From Octopus vulgaris (taxonomy: Eukaryota): DNA of 64,000 bases. The first letter of the stretch is position 1; every line of letters begins with the position of its first letter. Below are positions 1 through 13,411 of the stretch, one piece after another. Both the position numbers and the translations under genes were made by a program. Location of the stretch: contig OX597818.1 of assembly GCA_951406725.2 (NCBI GenBank), forward strand, positions 35,030,001 through 35,094,000, given 5' to 3'. The notes beneath the pieces are model-generated. The model was not told the origin of the DNA. It searched no databases and saw only the letters and a program-made list of their open reading frames with translations.

Positions 1-1239
1 CTAAGTTATGGAGACATAAGCACACCAGCGTTGGGGAGACAAAAACAGACACACAAACATTCACACACACACATCATGGGTTTCTTTCAGTTTCAGTCTA
101 CCAAATCCACTCACAAAGCTCCAGTCAGCCATAGTTGAAGACTGGGACTGAACTTGGAACTATGTGGTTGGGAAGCAAATTTCTTACCACACAGTGATAC
201 CATGCATATATACAAACATTATATTCATATGCACATCAAAGTGCACTTTAAAAGTGATAATGATGTTTTTTCAATTACTATAAACACCACACACACACAT
301 TTATGAATTTATAATATTATATTATAAATATATTATAAATATGATAATTTAAATATAAATTCGCATACATAAATACGTTTTGATATATTAGTGATTCCTT
401 TGAATAATTAGAGTTTAAAACAGCCAACAAGTTTGTGATTCTTAAATTCAATTCTACTGTAAGCTTTTCCATTCTTGTGGTTGATTTTAGCCATTCCTAC
501 CTCTTCCTTAATCAAGCAGATCAATGATTAAAGACATTCAACCCATGACCATTCCATTTTTTTTTTATATAATTGATATATTTTGCACTACTTTATCCAA
601 TTAGCCTTCATTTTACTTTTCTTTTTTTTTTTTCGATGATAGTAGAGAATTATTTCAGAGAGATTTTGTTATCATTTCTAGCAGGTTGATTGATTACAAA
701 AATTTCCCCTTTTTTGGTTGCCCAGTTTATATTCAAATAGTACAGTAGTTCTATTTACCTTATTTCACCTATCCATTGAGGAACACATACCATATCATAT
801 GGAGAATGCTTCTTGTAATAGACTAGTATCTTATCCAGGAATATATTTATCCCTCATCTGCTTAATTACTTGCCCTTTAAAATCCTTATGGATTTGATGA
901 AAATATAAAGAAAATTGAGGTTTCCAGATGACACAGTACATATCTAGCTATTGCATTTGCTCCACCCATTCTCTGTTGATCAGCAAATTGTCATTCTCTA
1001 ATATATAACCTTTTGTGTTTTAATATTCATTTTTCTTTATATGAATTATAAAAATTAAAATATAAATAAATAGGGACAAGGAATGGCTTTGTGGTTAAGG
1101 AAGCATGTTTTGCAGCTTCAAGGTTTTGGGTTCAATCCCATTGCACAGCATCTTGGGCAAGTGTCTTCTACTATAGCCCCAGCTTGAACAATGTCTTGTG
1201 AATGAATCTAGTATATAGGAACGGTGTGGAAGCCCTTTG

Positions 1240-1272
<33 letters not shown>

Positions 1273-1689
1273 ATGTGTATTATTTCCCTGATGAAGGCTG
1301 GTTTATGGGGTTAACCTATGTTTCCTGTTCATAAAGGGTTTAACTTTATGGTGTATTTTCAGACCCCAAGACCTGTTGGCTTATGACCTCTTTAAAATAT
1401 GGAAGGGAAAAGTCTGGATTATCTCCCTTTGCTAATGGCTATTGACTTCCAGCTGGGCTGCCATCGATCAGCTATAAGGATAAACAATATGTGACTACCC
1501 TCCTCTCCTGTTAGCCATCAACTTCTGGCAGTTCCCAAAAAGTCAACAGAAATCTCCTAAATGCAGACATATATGTGTGTATGTGTGTGTGTGTGTATGT
1601 GTGTGTGTATGTGTGTGCGTGTGTGTGTATGTGTGTGCATGCGTGCATGTGTGTGTGTGTGTATGTGTGCACGAGTGTGTGTGTGTCCT

Positions 1690-2077
1690 AGTCCCCATGG
1701 AGGCAAGGAAGTGGTGAAGTGTAATCTTCCAATGTTGGGCCTCACATAGGTGATGACAAATGACTGAAACCTTTGGCGATACGCAGTACTTGGGAAGACT
1801 CATCAAGCCAAGTGAAATTGTAGTCATGGCTGTTGCCAGTGTCATATAAATGGCACCTGTGAAAGCGTAGCTGTGGCTGTTGCTGGTATTATGCGTATAG
1901 TACCCATGCCAATGGTATGTAAAATGCACCCATTACACACTTGGAGTGGTTAGCATTAAGAAGGGCATCCAGCTGAAGAGACCAAGCCAAATCAGACTGA
2001 AACCTGGTGCAGCTCTCTGACATACTAGTTCCAGTCAAACTGTCTAACCCGTGCCAGTATGGAAAATGGATGTTAAA
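1690..2077 (+). mobile_element. RTE-clade LINE 3' UTR fragment ending in (GAT)n tail
   Basis: Motif GAGTGGTT(G/A)GCRTTARGAAGGGCATCCAGCTG...CC(A/G)TGC-hairpin...GTTAAA(GAT)n; the same 3' end is attached to RTE coding sequence at 40636-41385 and 45768-46497. Confidence 0.75.
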
Positions 2078-2098
2078 TGATGATGATGGTGATGATGG

Positions 2099-2131
<33 letters not shown>

Positions 2132-2244
2132 CGACGACAACAACAACGACGATGATGATGATGATGACGATGACGACGATGACGACGACAATGATAATGA
2201 TGATTATGATGATTATGATGATGATTATGATTATGATGATGATT

Positions 2245-2288
<44 letters not shown>
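2077..2288 (+). repeat. Compound (GAT/GAC/AAC/TAT)n microsatellite continuing from the RTE tail
   Basis: Direct reading; explains the poly-D/poly-M/poly-H/poly-S ORFs here. Confidence 0.95.
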
Positions 2289-2699
2289 ATGTGTTTGTGT
2301 GTGTGTACATTTCTCTCCACCACCATACAACCAGTGTTGGTTTGTATATGTCATTGTAACCAAGCAACTATGGTAAAAGAGGTCAACAGAATAAGTGCTT
2401 AAACCCTTCAAAGTAGGGCCTCCAGCATAACCAGAGTCCAATGACTGAAAGAGTGTAAAAGATAAAAGGCTTAATTAACTCTATAATTTCTACTGAGACC
2501 TCATTCAGATAATGTCCCAATTTTTGTTAACATATCTCTCGCATATATATTGAATATCTATACATTACAATATTAATATATTTTACACTGAGAGCATTCT
2601 ACTAAACATACATAGCTCTTTGAAATAAATCTCTGGGGAAATCTAATAATATGGTATGAGAATGAAAAAAGAACAACATGAAGATGAGATCAAAAAATA

Positions 2700-3155
2700 A
2701 ACAGGAGTGGCTGTGTGGTAAGTAGCTTGTTTACCAACCACATGGTTCTGGGTTTAGTCCCACTGCATGACACCTTGGGCAAGTGTCTTCTTCTACTATA
2801 GCCTTGGGCTGACCAAAGCCTTGTGAATGGATTTGGTTGATGGAAACTGAAAGAAGCCCGTTGTATATGTATGTGTGTGTGTGTGTGTGTATGTGTGTGC
2901 GCACATGTGCGTGCTTGTGTGTATATATGTGTTTGTGTGTGTGTATGTTTGTGTGTCTGTGTTTGTCACCCCACCATCACTTGACAACCGATGCTGGTGT
3001 GTTTATATCCCCGTAACCTGGCAGTTCAGCAATAGAGACTGATAGAATAAGTACTAGTCTTACAAAGAATAAAACCTGGGGGTCGATTTGTCCAACTATA
3101 AAGGTGGTGCTCCAGCATGGCTGCAGTCGAGATGACTGAAACAAAAAAAAAAGAA
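2700..3155 (+). mobile_element. tRNA-derived SINE family A (cf. octopus OK/OR SINEs)
   Basis: A-box TGGCTGTGTGG, B-box-like GGTTYAGTCCC, CORE-like CACCTTGGGCAAGTGTCTT, internal (TG)n, tail GGYGGTGCTCCAGCATGG..CAGTC-loop-GACTGAAAC. Other copies or partials: 1-200(-), 1075-1240, 4147-4545, 8985-9190(-), 9255-9390, 9995-10392(-), 24340-24730, 27050-27410(-), 30950-31120, 32780-32940, 55185-55555(-), 59950-60280. Confidence 0.85.
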
Positions 3156-3510
3156 TAAACAGGTTTACACTTAGGAAAAATTAGAAGTCTTTTACATTTT
3201 GAGCATACGCTCTTCTGCAGAAAGAATAAACATGGAGAGAGAAAATGGAGAGAGAAAAGAGCAAAGATAACTAAAAAAGACAGTAACAACATGCTGAAAT
3301 CTAATGATTAGCTAAGTTAATGCTCATCACTTTATGGATTTAGTTGTATATTTCATTGCTTATATATGCTTATTTTATTCATTGCTACTAATTCTATTGA
3401 TGAATGACGGGAAGCCCATTGGATCTTGACTGGGTTTGAAGTTTCATCATAAAGGGAGATAACCAAATGACACAAAATATTTTCTGTCATTCACTTGTTG
3501 CATATCTTTA

Positions 3511-4023
3511 TCTATATATATAAAACTGTAGTTGTGTGAGTGTCTGTCCCCTTCGATTTAGATTCCTAACTACTCCCACATTTTGCGGTGCAGTTTAACC
3601 AAATTTGGGTATCTTATAGTTGTGATTCATATCGAGCCTGTCTGAGTATTAGCACGCGTCTACGATGAGTCTACGATTTTTAAAATAATTTAACATCATT
3701 TTTTATTCCATTTTAATGCATAATTTTTCGTGTGTCGATGGCGGCGGAGTTGGCGTCCACGGTCACACCTGCACCTATTTGCTTCTCCCCCTTCTTCCCT
3801 CCCTCGTGAAGCTGTGGGGAAGGGAGTGTAAGGAAATTAACGTTGTAAAGCGTTGTCAAGGAGACCAGCGTTCTTTTAGAACAACGACTTCATGGCTGGA
3901 AGGCACCAAAACAGAAATGGCTAAGAAAGCCCAAATTGGTATCTATAAGGGAAATAACTCTCTAAAAATGCTTATATAGTTATTTCCCTTACAAACCCGA
4001 GCAACACCGGGCGATACTGCTAG
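3511..4023 (+). mobile_element. Non-autonomous Helitron (type 1)
   Basis: 5' TCTATATATATAAAA, 3' hairpin CCCGAGCAACACCGGG then ATACTGCTAG; sits between A(3510) and T(4024) with no TSD. Confidence 0.85.
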
Positions 4024-4146
4024 TTCAAATATAAAGGAATAATAAAGAAATAAAATAATAAAGGCAATAATATATTTCTTGAATGATGAATGACATTTTT
4101 CAGTTGATAAGTTGGGTAAGTAAAAAAACAAAAGTATGACATATAT

Positions 4147-4545
4147 AGGCGTAGGAGTGGCTGTGTGGTAAGTAGCTTGCTTATGAACCACATGGTTGTA
4201 GGTTCAGTCCCACTGTGTGGCACCTTGGGCAAGTCTCCTCTACTGTAGCCTCGGGCTGACCAAAGCCTTGTAAGTGGATTTGGTAGACGGAAACTGAAAG
4301 AAGCCCGTCATATATATATATATATATGTGTATGTGTGTGTATGTGTTTGTGTATTTGTGTTTGTCCCCTCAACATCGCCTGACAACCGATGCTGGTGTG
4401 TTTATGTTCCCGTAACTTAGCAGTTCGGCAAAAGAGACTGATAAGTACTAGGCTTACAAAGAATAAGTCCTGGGGTCTATTTGCTCGACTAAAAGGCAGT
4501 GCTCCAGCATGGCCACAGTCACATGACTAAAACAAGTAAAGAGTA
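4147..4545 (+). mobile_element. SINE family A, near full length
   Basis: Same head, CORE-like body and tail as 2700-3155. Confidence 0.85.
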
Positions 4546-4645
4546 TGTTAGTGGGGAGAGGTACAGTGAAAACGAGTTGTGGGTGTAGATTGATGTGTAC
4601 TTTAAGGATTTATAGGAAGTAACCAAGAAGTATTAGATAGAAAAT

Positions 4646-4703
4646 CACCACCACCAGCACTGTCGTCATCACCATCACCACCACCACCACCACAACCACC
4701 ACC

Positions 4704-4783
<80 letters not shown>
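4646..4783 (+). repeat. (CAC)n-(CAT)n microsatellite
   Basis: Direct reading. Confidence 0.95.
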
Positions 4784-5734
4784 TGTTTTATCACTATACA
4801 GGCTCCCAATACAAGTAAATGCTTGGTAGATGTTTCAAAGCTGTATTCACTCATGAGTGACAGCTGTGATGTACTGTACTATAACATGTTCCGAAAAAGT
4901 TATTCCAAGCCATGGTTATTGCTAATACCTTTGAAACTTCCTCCCTAGAACTGCATTCTATTGGAACCCTAATGGTCTATGATTCCTCCTCAACAATTGG
5001 TCCCCTAATGTTTGACTTAAACCTGATCTGTATTAACTTCATTCAGTTGTCGCTGTAACTTAGCAATTTGGCAACATAAACACACCAACATCAGTTGTCA
5101 TTCTAGTCGAAGGAGTATTTGGACAGACTGTCCCCATACTAACCTTCTCCCTAGAATAGAAGACAAAAGTAGATGTATAAATAGTTGTATGTCACAAATA
5201 TTGATGTATAAAACAGAGTGAATAACTTACCATATTTACTTGTGAATAAGTCACACTATTTTATATTTGATTTCAATTAGAAAAACTGGGATGTATACAT
5301 AAATGAGTGTAAGCTAAAACTATGAAAGAAAACATTTTGTGACAAGATTTAACACTAAATTAAGGGTGCAATTTATGTATGAATGCGATTGATACATGAG
5401 TAAATATGGTAAGTTTTCTGGATTGAAAGTATCCATCAATGAAAGATAAAACTCTATTGTCTTCAGAAAGTAAAATAAAATGGCACTTGCAACATTCAAC
5501 TTCCATTCAGAAAGTAAAGGAAATAACTGCCAATACAAATTGAACTTGGGTTGTAGGTCTTATTTGCCATATGCTTACCATCAATTGTCTATTCATGGAT
5601 AACATTATATTTCAAAAAATAATTCTTTTAAATTTTATACTTGATTTCATTTGAAAAAACTGAGATGCGGCTTATACATGAGGCAAAGCTAAAGCTATGA
5701 AAGAAAACGTTTTGTACCAAGATTTAACACTAAA

Positions 5735-6129
5735 CTAGCAGTATCGCCCGGCGTTGCTCAGGTTTGTTCTGACCCTTTAGAATTGGAATTTTTGAAAAGT
5801 AAAAAATTTTGCATTATGTAGCTTGTTATTCTCTCTAAGTAAACATTTTTCTGGTTGAAATACACGGCAAAATGGCGACGCAGCAGTAAAAAAATCATAA
5901 AAAATAGGGATTTTCATAGAAAAAAAGCACCTTTTTGATGTAAATAATTTTTGATGTTAACACGGTCCGATTTGAATTTTATCTTCTACGGAATGAAGAG
6001 CAAGTCTTCTTCTATCATACTCTCAATTTTGGTCAACTTGCGCCACAGGGTCTCGGAGGAGACAGTGTTAGTTGAAGGCTACCAAACCTGCCATACACAG
6101 ACAACTTCAGCTTTATATATATAGATAGA
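5735..6129 (-). mobile_element. Non-autonomous Helitron (type 2)
   Basis: Minus strand starts TCTATCTATATATATAAAG and ends hairpin+ATACTGCTAG; empty-site paralog at ~5260-5390 shows an A|T insertion without TSD. Confidence 0.85.
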
Positions 6130-6518
6130 TTAGGGATGTAATTTATGTATGAGTGTGATTTATATTCTATACATTCTTTTTTAAATGGATGTGTTTAGTC
6201 AAAATACTTTCTTAACAATCATTTCTTCATGCAAATTACTGATGTTATGAAACTGTTACAACTTTGACAACTGACATACGAGAAGTAGATTTAAATTTTT
6301 TACATTTATAGTTTTTGTTGTTTGTGGTATTTTTATAGCTGAGATGAGTCCCGATTGAGTAGGCCTGTGATCAAATGTATTCCAGCTGTGACCATTCAAC
6401 CTTTGATTATCTGTAGCCTTAAGTAGTCAATGCATCACTATTTTAGACAAGAGGGATGTTATTTGTAGGACGTATGGCTACTGTTTTTAACTGACTGATT
6501 AACTATATAAAGGCCCAC

Positions 6519-6750
6519 GAGGTGGCGAGCTGGCAGAAACGTTAGTACACTGGGCGAAATGCTTAGTGGTATTTCATCTGTCGTTACGTTCTGAGTTCAA
6601 ATTCCATTGAGGTCGATCTTGCCTTTCATCCTCTCGGGGTCGATAAATAAAGTACCAGTTTCGCACTGGGTCGATGTAATCGACCTAACCCCCTTTTCTG
6701 TCCTTGTTTGTCCCCTCTATGCTTAGCCTCTTGTGGGTAGTAAAGAAATA
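6519..6750 (+). mobile_element. tRNA-like SINE family B
   Basis: Head GGCGGCGAGCTGGCAGAA..GTTAG, B-box GAGTTCAAATTCC, body GGTCGACTTTGCCTTTCATCCTTTCGGGGTCGAT, tail TAAAGAAATA. Other copies ~7845-8290, 8330-8715, 13425-13650(-), 13810-14010(-), 18930-19165, 19330-19465(-), 26305-26570(-), 34813-35045, 39069-39301(-), 51983-52345(-), 57178-57330, 57535-57720. Confidence 0.85.
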
Positions 6751-7244
6751 TATACAAAGGCTCACTCATTACTGCAAAAAGCTTCCTTATAGACTAGTTC
6801 TTGAGGGAATTTTCTGGCTGAAAATTCAAGCATTAATTTCAGTTGAGACAAACACTATAGACAAGAGATGAGCTCTGTGAGAGCAAAGACCATGATCAGG
6901 TTTGATTTCAAGTTGAAGCGTATACGCTATACCTACACTGCTAAAGCTCTTCAGAAAATGTATATACATCACATACAATTATTCTCTTACCATATTAATT
7001 TGTGACTTTGTCTCAGATGGCTGACATTACTCTTTTGATACCTACTTGCTTAAGACTATCCCTGGTTCTATGGTTTTAAGTGATCCAAATTAAAACTTTA
7101 CTTCATAATTTCGTGTTAATTTTTGTACCAAGCATCAGTTTAGTAATCATCATCATCATCATCGTTTAATAACAAAATTATTTTACTATCTGCTTCATTA
7201 TTTTCAGAATTAATTATAACAAATGCAATGTATTTTAATAGATA

Positions 7245-7527
7245 TGCCAGCGCCGCCTCGACTGGCTTCCGTGCCGGTGGCACGTAAAATGCACCAATCT
7301 GACCGTGGCCGTTGCCAGCCTCGCCTGGCACCTGTGCAGGTGGCATGTAAAAAGCACCCACTACACTCACGGAGTGGTTGGCGTTAGGAAGGGCATCCAG
7401 CTGTAGAAACATTGCCAGATAAGACTGGAGCCTGGGGCAGCCTTCTGGCTTCCCAGATCCCCGGTCGAACCGTCCAACCCATGCTAGCATGGAGAATGGA
7501 CGTTAAATGATGATGATGATGATGATA
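7245..7527 (+). mobile_element. RTE LINE 3' UTR fragment with (GAT)n tail
   Basis: Same conserved 3' end as other copies: 27600-28000(-), 28740-29160, 44465-45230(-), 51620-51805, 53085-53320, 56670-56995. Confidence 0.8.
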
Positions 7528-8350
7528 TTATAACAAGAGGGTTAAACTTTTACTTCATTTAATATTATCCCTTGTCTTTTGGTTGTTTTTAGTGGAGTCC
7601 ATTCTGTTGTAAGCATTTGAATCTGGTCTCTCATTTGAGGATAACTTCCTCCCTTCCTCTCACCAGTTTTAGAGACCCTAAAAGAAAGTTATGGGCACAG
7701 CTCTTCCTCCTCTGATGAGTCAGAAAAACCTTCATTTTTAAAAAAGTTGTTTCACATGTAGCTATAATATTTATTAAAATTTAATAAATATACAATCCAA
7801 TCTTTGCACTTCACTTCATGTTAAAATGAATTATTAATATTATAGCAGAATTATTAGAGTTTTGGACAAACTGGCCTTGCAATATTTCTTCTGGTTCTCT
7901 AGATTTCTCTAGATTCTGAGTTCAAATCCTGCTGAGGTCAATTTTGTTTTACATCCTTTCAAGGTCAATAAAATAAAGTACCAGTCAAGTTCTAAGGGTG
8001 ATGATATCTTCCAACTTCTCCTCTTCAAAATTTCTGGTCTTGTACTTAAATTAGAAGCAATTATTATTATGGGTGGTGAAGGCTGTGTACTTGCAGAAAT
8101 GTTAGCACACCAAGCAAAAAGCTTAGTAACATTTCATCTGTCTTTACATTCTAAGTTCAAATTCTACCAGTATCCACTTTGCCTTTCATCTCTTTGGGGT
8201 TGATAAATTAAGTACCAATTAAGCATTGGGATTGATGCAATCAACTTGCTCTCTACCAAAATTGCAGGCCTTGTGCCTATAGCAGAAATGATTATTGATG
8301 GTGGTGGACTGATTTTGTCGATTTTAAAATTCTGAGTTCAAATTCTGCTC

Positions 8351-8586
8351 CAGTGGCAGATGCAGAGGTGTTGCCCTAGTTGCCCGGGCAATGTACCTTC
8401 TAACCGAGCCGACACCAAAAAAATTGGGACCAAGGTTTTTTGGGCAACAGTGAAGGAAAAGGGAGTTGACTCTTACCAGAATAGGAGTTGCCAAACCTAC
8501 TAGGTATTGCCCGACCTGCCCGCTAGAGTGCTATTTTCTCGAAACTTTTGGTCAACACCCCAAAAACAGTCCTGGATAGCCTGCTG
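8351..8586. mobile_element. Possible hAT-like MITE inserted in a SINE-B copy
   Basis: Degenerate TIRs CAGTGGCAGATGCAG ... CTGGATAGCCTGCTG; splits SINE-B between AATTCTGC and GACTTTG; TSD not clean. Confidence 0.45.
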
Positions 8587-8736
8587 TGTCCTGCTTGACT
8601 TTGTCTTTCATCTTTCTGGGGTCGATAAATTAAGTGTCAGTCAAACACTGGGATCCATGTTATCAACTATCCCTTTCCACCCAAACTGCAGACCTCATGC
8701 CTCTAGCAGAAAAGATTATTATTATTATTATTATTA

Positions 8737-8840
8737 TTGAGTGAGAGAGCAGTTCATGCCATCAAAGTGACACTGGGGTAAAATATACGAAGCCCAATAT
8801 ACCCATCATGACTACCCGTCTGATAAGGGTACACCAGGCA

Positions 8841-8845
<5 letters not shown>
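8737..8845. mobile_element. Short non-repetitive insert between two (TTA)n tracts, probable truncated microsatellite-targeting retroposon end
   Basis: ~105 bp segment flanked on both sides by (TTA)n. Confidence 0.4.
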
Positions 8846-8876
<31 letters not shown>

Positions 8877-9388
8877 TATTATCATAATATTTAGATTGTG
8901 TATTTCAACAATAAACTATGAACTGAAATCTTATGCTAAAACTATACAAAAACAGCAAATTATAAAAAGAAAGCTATTTTATCATTTACTTCTACTTGTT
9001 TCAGTCATTGAACTGTGCCCATGCTGGAGCAGTGCCTTGAAGGGTGCAGTCAAACAAATCCACCCCTATGCTTATTTTTTAAGTCTGGTACTTATGGTCA
9101 AACCCTTTTGCTAAGTAACAGGTATGTAAGCGAACCAACATCAGTTGTCAAGTAGTCGGAGAACAAGCACAAACACAAAACCATACACACTTACTTAGCT
9201 ACCAACCTACCAACCTACTTACTTACTTACTTACCTACCTACATATATATGTATGGCAAAAAGAGACCGATAGAATAAGTACTGGGCTTACAAAAAGAAT
9301 AAGTCCCGGGGTCGAGTTGCTCGACTAAAGGCGGTGCTCCAGCATGGCCGCAGTCAAATGACTGAAACAAGTAAAAGAGAGTAAAAGA

Positions 9389-9436
<48 letters not shown>

Positions 9437-9643
9437 GTATATCTGTCTATCTATCTACAATTTAAAAATAGGATAAAATCTTTATAAGAATTTATCAAGT
9501 AGTTAGCATGAAAAACATCATAAGGGAAAAAATCCATCAATTTTTCCTCTTAAATACATTTATTTATATTGAGGGCATTACTATACATAAATGCCACATG
9601 CTAGGAGGGATTCTTAAAGTCAATCTATCTCTCTATCTATCTA

Positions 9644-9679
<36 letters not shown>

Positions 9680-10390
9680 CCTGCCTGTTTATCTATCTAT
9701 CTATCTATCTATCTATCATCATCATTATCATCATCATCATCATCATCATTTATTGTCCATTTTTCGTACTGGTATTTGTTGGACACTTTGACAATACTGG
9801 TAAGGTCAGGAGCCGCACCAGGCCCCATTGTCTGCTCCAGCATGGTTTTTATAGCTGGATGCCCTTCCTAATACCAAGCACTCCAGAGTGTACTGAGTAT
9901 TTTTTATATGGTACCAGCACGATCTATCTATCAATCCCTGTGTGTGTGTGTGTGTGTGTTACTTACTGCATTCTTTTGTGATATATATATATTTATATTC
10001 TTTTATTCTTTTATTTGTTGCAGTTATTTGACTGTGGCCATGCTGGAGCCCCGCTTTTAGTCGAACAAATTGACCTCAGGACTTATTCTTTGTAAGCCTA
10101 GTATTTATTCTATCAGTATCTTTTGCCAAACCGCATATAGACATACCAACATCAGTTGTCAAGTGATGGTGGGGAACAAACTCAGACACACAAACATAGA
10201 CATACATACATACATATACATACATACATATATATATATATATGACAGGCTTCTTTCAGTTTTCATTTACCAAATCCACTCACAAAGCTTCGGTCGGCCT
10301 GAGGCTTTAGTAGAAGGTGCCATGCAGTGGGACTGAATCCGGAACCATGTGGTTGGGAAGCAAGCTTCTTACCACACAGCTGTGCCAGTG

Positions 10391-10436
<46 letters not shown>

Positions 10437-11078
10437 CCAGACACAGACACACACACACATAAATGTGAAACTGACTGTCACTCAATTTCTATCTGCCAAA
10501 TTCACCCACATAACATTGGTTACCTAGGGACACTTGCCCAATATGTTGCGCCGTGGAATTGAACCCAAAACTTTGTGATTGCAAAGCAAGCTTCTTAACC
10601 ACACACCTATAACTATAATTTTTTATTTAAATTTCACATTTTTTATCTAATAAGCACATGAGAAAATTTTATGAAATATGCCAATTAAGCAAATTTTTAT
10701 AATTGCTCCAAGAATGCTACTTAGGGTTTTCTACATGATTTCTGTGATATCTTTAAACTTTTTAAAATCTAATGTTTTTTTTTTTTTCATAATTGTTGTA
10801 TGTGTGTGTTTTTCTTTTTTCCTTTCTTTTTTTTTTTTTTTATAGGTAACAATACATCTTTACTTTTCAAGGCTGAAGAAGTTTGCTGGTTCAATATTCT
10901 GAGTAAGAAGGCTTGTGTTTCTTGATGCATTCCACAGTTTATTATATACTTTAAATGCACCAAGAATCACGATTCTTCTGGCTCCCTTCATCACTGAACA
11001 TAAAAGAGCAAAAAAAAAACAAAAACAAGGAAGGAATTCCAAGAAAGATGATGGATCCAAAAGATAAAAGCAATTATA

Positions 11079-11079
<1 letters not shown>

Positions 11080-11129
<50 letters not shown>

Positions 11130-11287
11130 ACTACTACTACTACTACTACTACTACAGCTGCTGTTACTACTACTACTACTACTACAACTCACTACTACTG
11201 CTGCTGCTGCTACTACTACTACTACTACTACAGCTGCTGTTACTACAACTACTACTACAGCTGCTGTTACTAATACTACTACTATTG

Positions 11288-11323
<36 letters not shown>

Positions 11324-11353
11324 TTGCTACTACTACTACTACTACTACTTCTT

Positions 11354-11388
<35 letters not shown>

Positions 11389-11392
11389 GCTG

Positions 11393-11427
<35 letters not shown>

Positions 11428-11452
11428 GCTACTACTACTACTACTACTATTG

Positions 11453-11494
<42 letters not shown>

Positions 11495-11635
11495 TTGCTG
11501 CTACTACTACTACTACTATTACTACTACTACTATTGCTACTACTACTACTACTACTGCTGCTGCTACTGCTGCTGCTGCTGCTGCTGTTGCTACTACTAC
11601 TGCTACTATTGCTGCTGCTGCTGCTGCTACTGCTT

Positions 11636-11716
<81 letters not shown>

Positions 11717-11717
11717 C

Positions 11718-11754
<37 letters not shown>

Positions 11755-11812
11755 ACTGCTACTGCTGCTGCTACTGCTGCTGCTGCTGCTGCTACTGCTA
11801 CTGCTACTGCTG

Positions 11813-11863
<51 letters not shown>

Positions 11864-12010
11864 ATACTACTACTACTGCTGGTGCTGCTGCTGCCACCGC
11901 TGCTGCTGCCACTGCCGCCGCTCTGCCTCCACCTTTGCTGCAGTCTCTCTCACTGCCATCACCACTGCCACTGCCACCACCACTGCCACCACCACCACCA
12001 CCACTGCTGC
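11080..12010 (+). repeat. ~930 bp compound (CTA)n/(CTG)n/(CCA)n trinucleotide tract
   Basis: Direct reading; source of the poly-L/poly-V/poly-A parts of ORFs 10955-13192 and 10860-12104. Confidence 0.95.
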
Positions 12011-12182
12011 CACAACTCTGTTGTTCTTTCTTTCCTAGAATGTCATATCTCTGAAATATCCCTCCCTGCTCTTGTTTTTTCTTGCAGCCTTTCCAAAGGA
12101 ACATTAAACTACATTCATATCACTGTCTTGAAAGACAAGCAAAGGCCATGGGCATATTTCCTTCATCCAGACCAAACAAGTC

Positions 12183-12262
<80 letters not shown>

Positions 12263-12291
12263 AATAATAATAACAATAATAATAATAATAA

Positions 12292-13368
12292 GGAAAGCAA
12301 AAAATTTGCTATTGATCTCGTGCAGGATACCGAAACTGAACAACCCGAGGGAAGTACGGCAACTATTGTTGCAAAGAAGGTGAAAATGATGGCAACGAAA
12401 AAAGCGCACGAGCAATTGGCTGATAGGTGGGAGGAGAAACCTCTGCACGGCAAATATGTGACCCGCAGCAAACAAGCTGATGTTGACCAGAAGCAAACCC
12501 ATCAGTGGCTACGGAGCTCAGGGCTAAAAGCAGAGAGCGAAGGTTTCATCCTGGCTGCTCAAGATCAAAGCCTATTAACCCGGAACTACCAGGCCAATGT
12601 GATGAAAAATGGAGCAGACCCAAAATGCCGATTCTGCAACGACATGATTGAAACAGTGGACCACCTAATCTCTGGATGTAAAGTCTTAGCACCAGTGGAG
12701 TATAAATTAAGACATGACAGAGTTGGCCAGTATCTACACTGGCTAATAAGCCAGCATTACAATATCAAAACTGCCGACAAGTGGTATAATCACCACCCTG
12801 AGGCTGTAACTGAAGGAGAAAATGTAACCAATCTGTGGGACTTTCCAGTACATACAGACCGAACCATCAAGGCCAATAAACCAGATATTGTTGTGAAAGA
12901 CCAAAACAATAAAGTTTGCTTATTGATCGACATGAGCATCCCCTGTGATCATAATATCTCAGCGAAAGAGTTTGACAGGCTCAGAAAATATAAAGACCTG
13001 CTCATTGAAATTGAGAAAATGTGGCATCTCAAGGTGATTACAATACCAGTGATCGTAGGAGCACTAGGAATGATCAAGAAGGGAACCGAAAATTATATGA
13101 GAATGATCCCTGGCTTACCATCCCTGCAAGAAGTGCAAAAGATTGTCTTAACTGGTACATCACACGTATTGAGAAGAGCATTGTTGATGTGAGAACTGTT
13201 GCTGCTCATGTATTTTAATTTAACTTAAAAAAAAATTTTTTTAAAAATGAACAAACTATTGAGTTTGGTTTAATGGCCTACCAATGTATACTATGAGTTT
13301 CTTTGCCCTAGGAGTCGGGAAGACACTCGGAAAGAAATGGAAGCAAATTTGAAAGAAGAAAAAAAAAA
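12292..13368 (+). mobile_element. 5'-truncated R4/Dong-clade non-LTR retrotransposon (CCHC knuckle + RLE endonuclease, 3' UTR, poly-A) in a (TAA)n tract
   Basis: ~300 uninterrupted codons to TGA 13190-13192: LHGKY, AAQDQ, CRFC-x8-H-x4-C, RHD, LWDF, PDIVV..IDMSIP..KY, IPVIVGALG; A-tail 13359-13368; (AAT/AAC)n on both flanks. Confidence 0.9.

Positions 13369-13411
<43 letters not shown>

Noticed and set aside
2007-2441. Poly-Asp/His/Met/Ile ORFs
   Set aside because: GAT tract grown from an RTE tail; open in several frames on both strands
10860-12104. 414-aa poly-Ala/Val minus-strand ORF
   Set aside because: Antisense translation of the CTA/CTG tract
10955-13192. 745-aa ORF as a single host gene
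   Set aside because: Fortuitous read-through of poly-Y/L/N microsatellites into a 5'-truncated R4/Dong fragment
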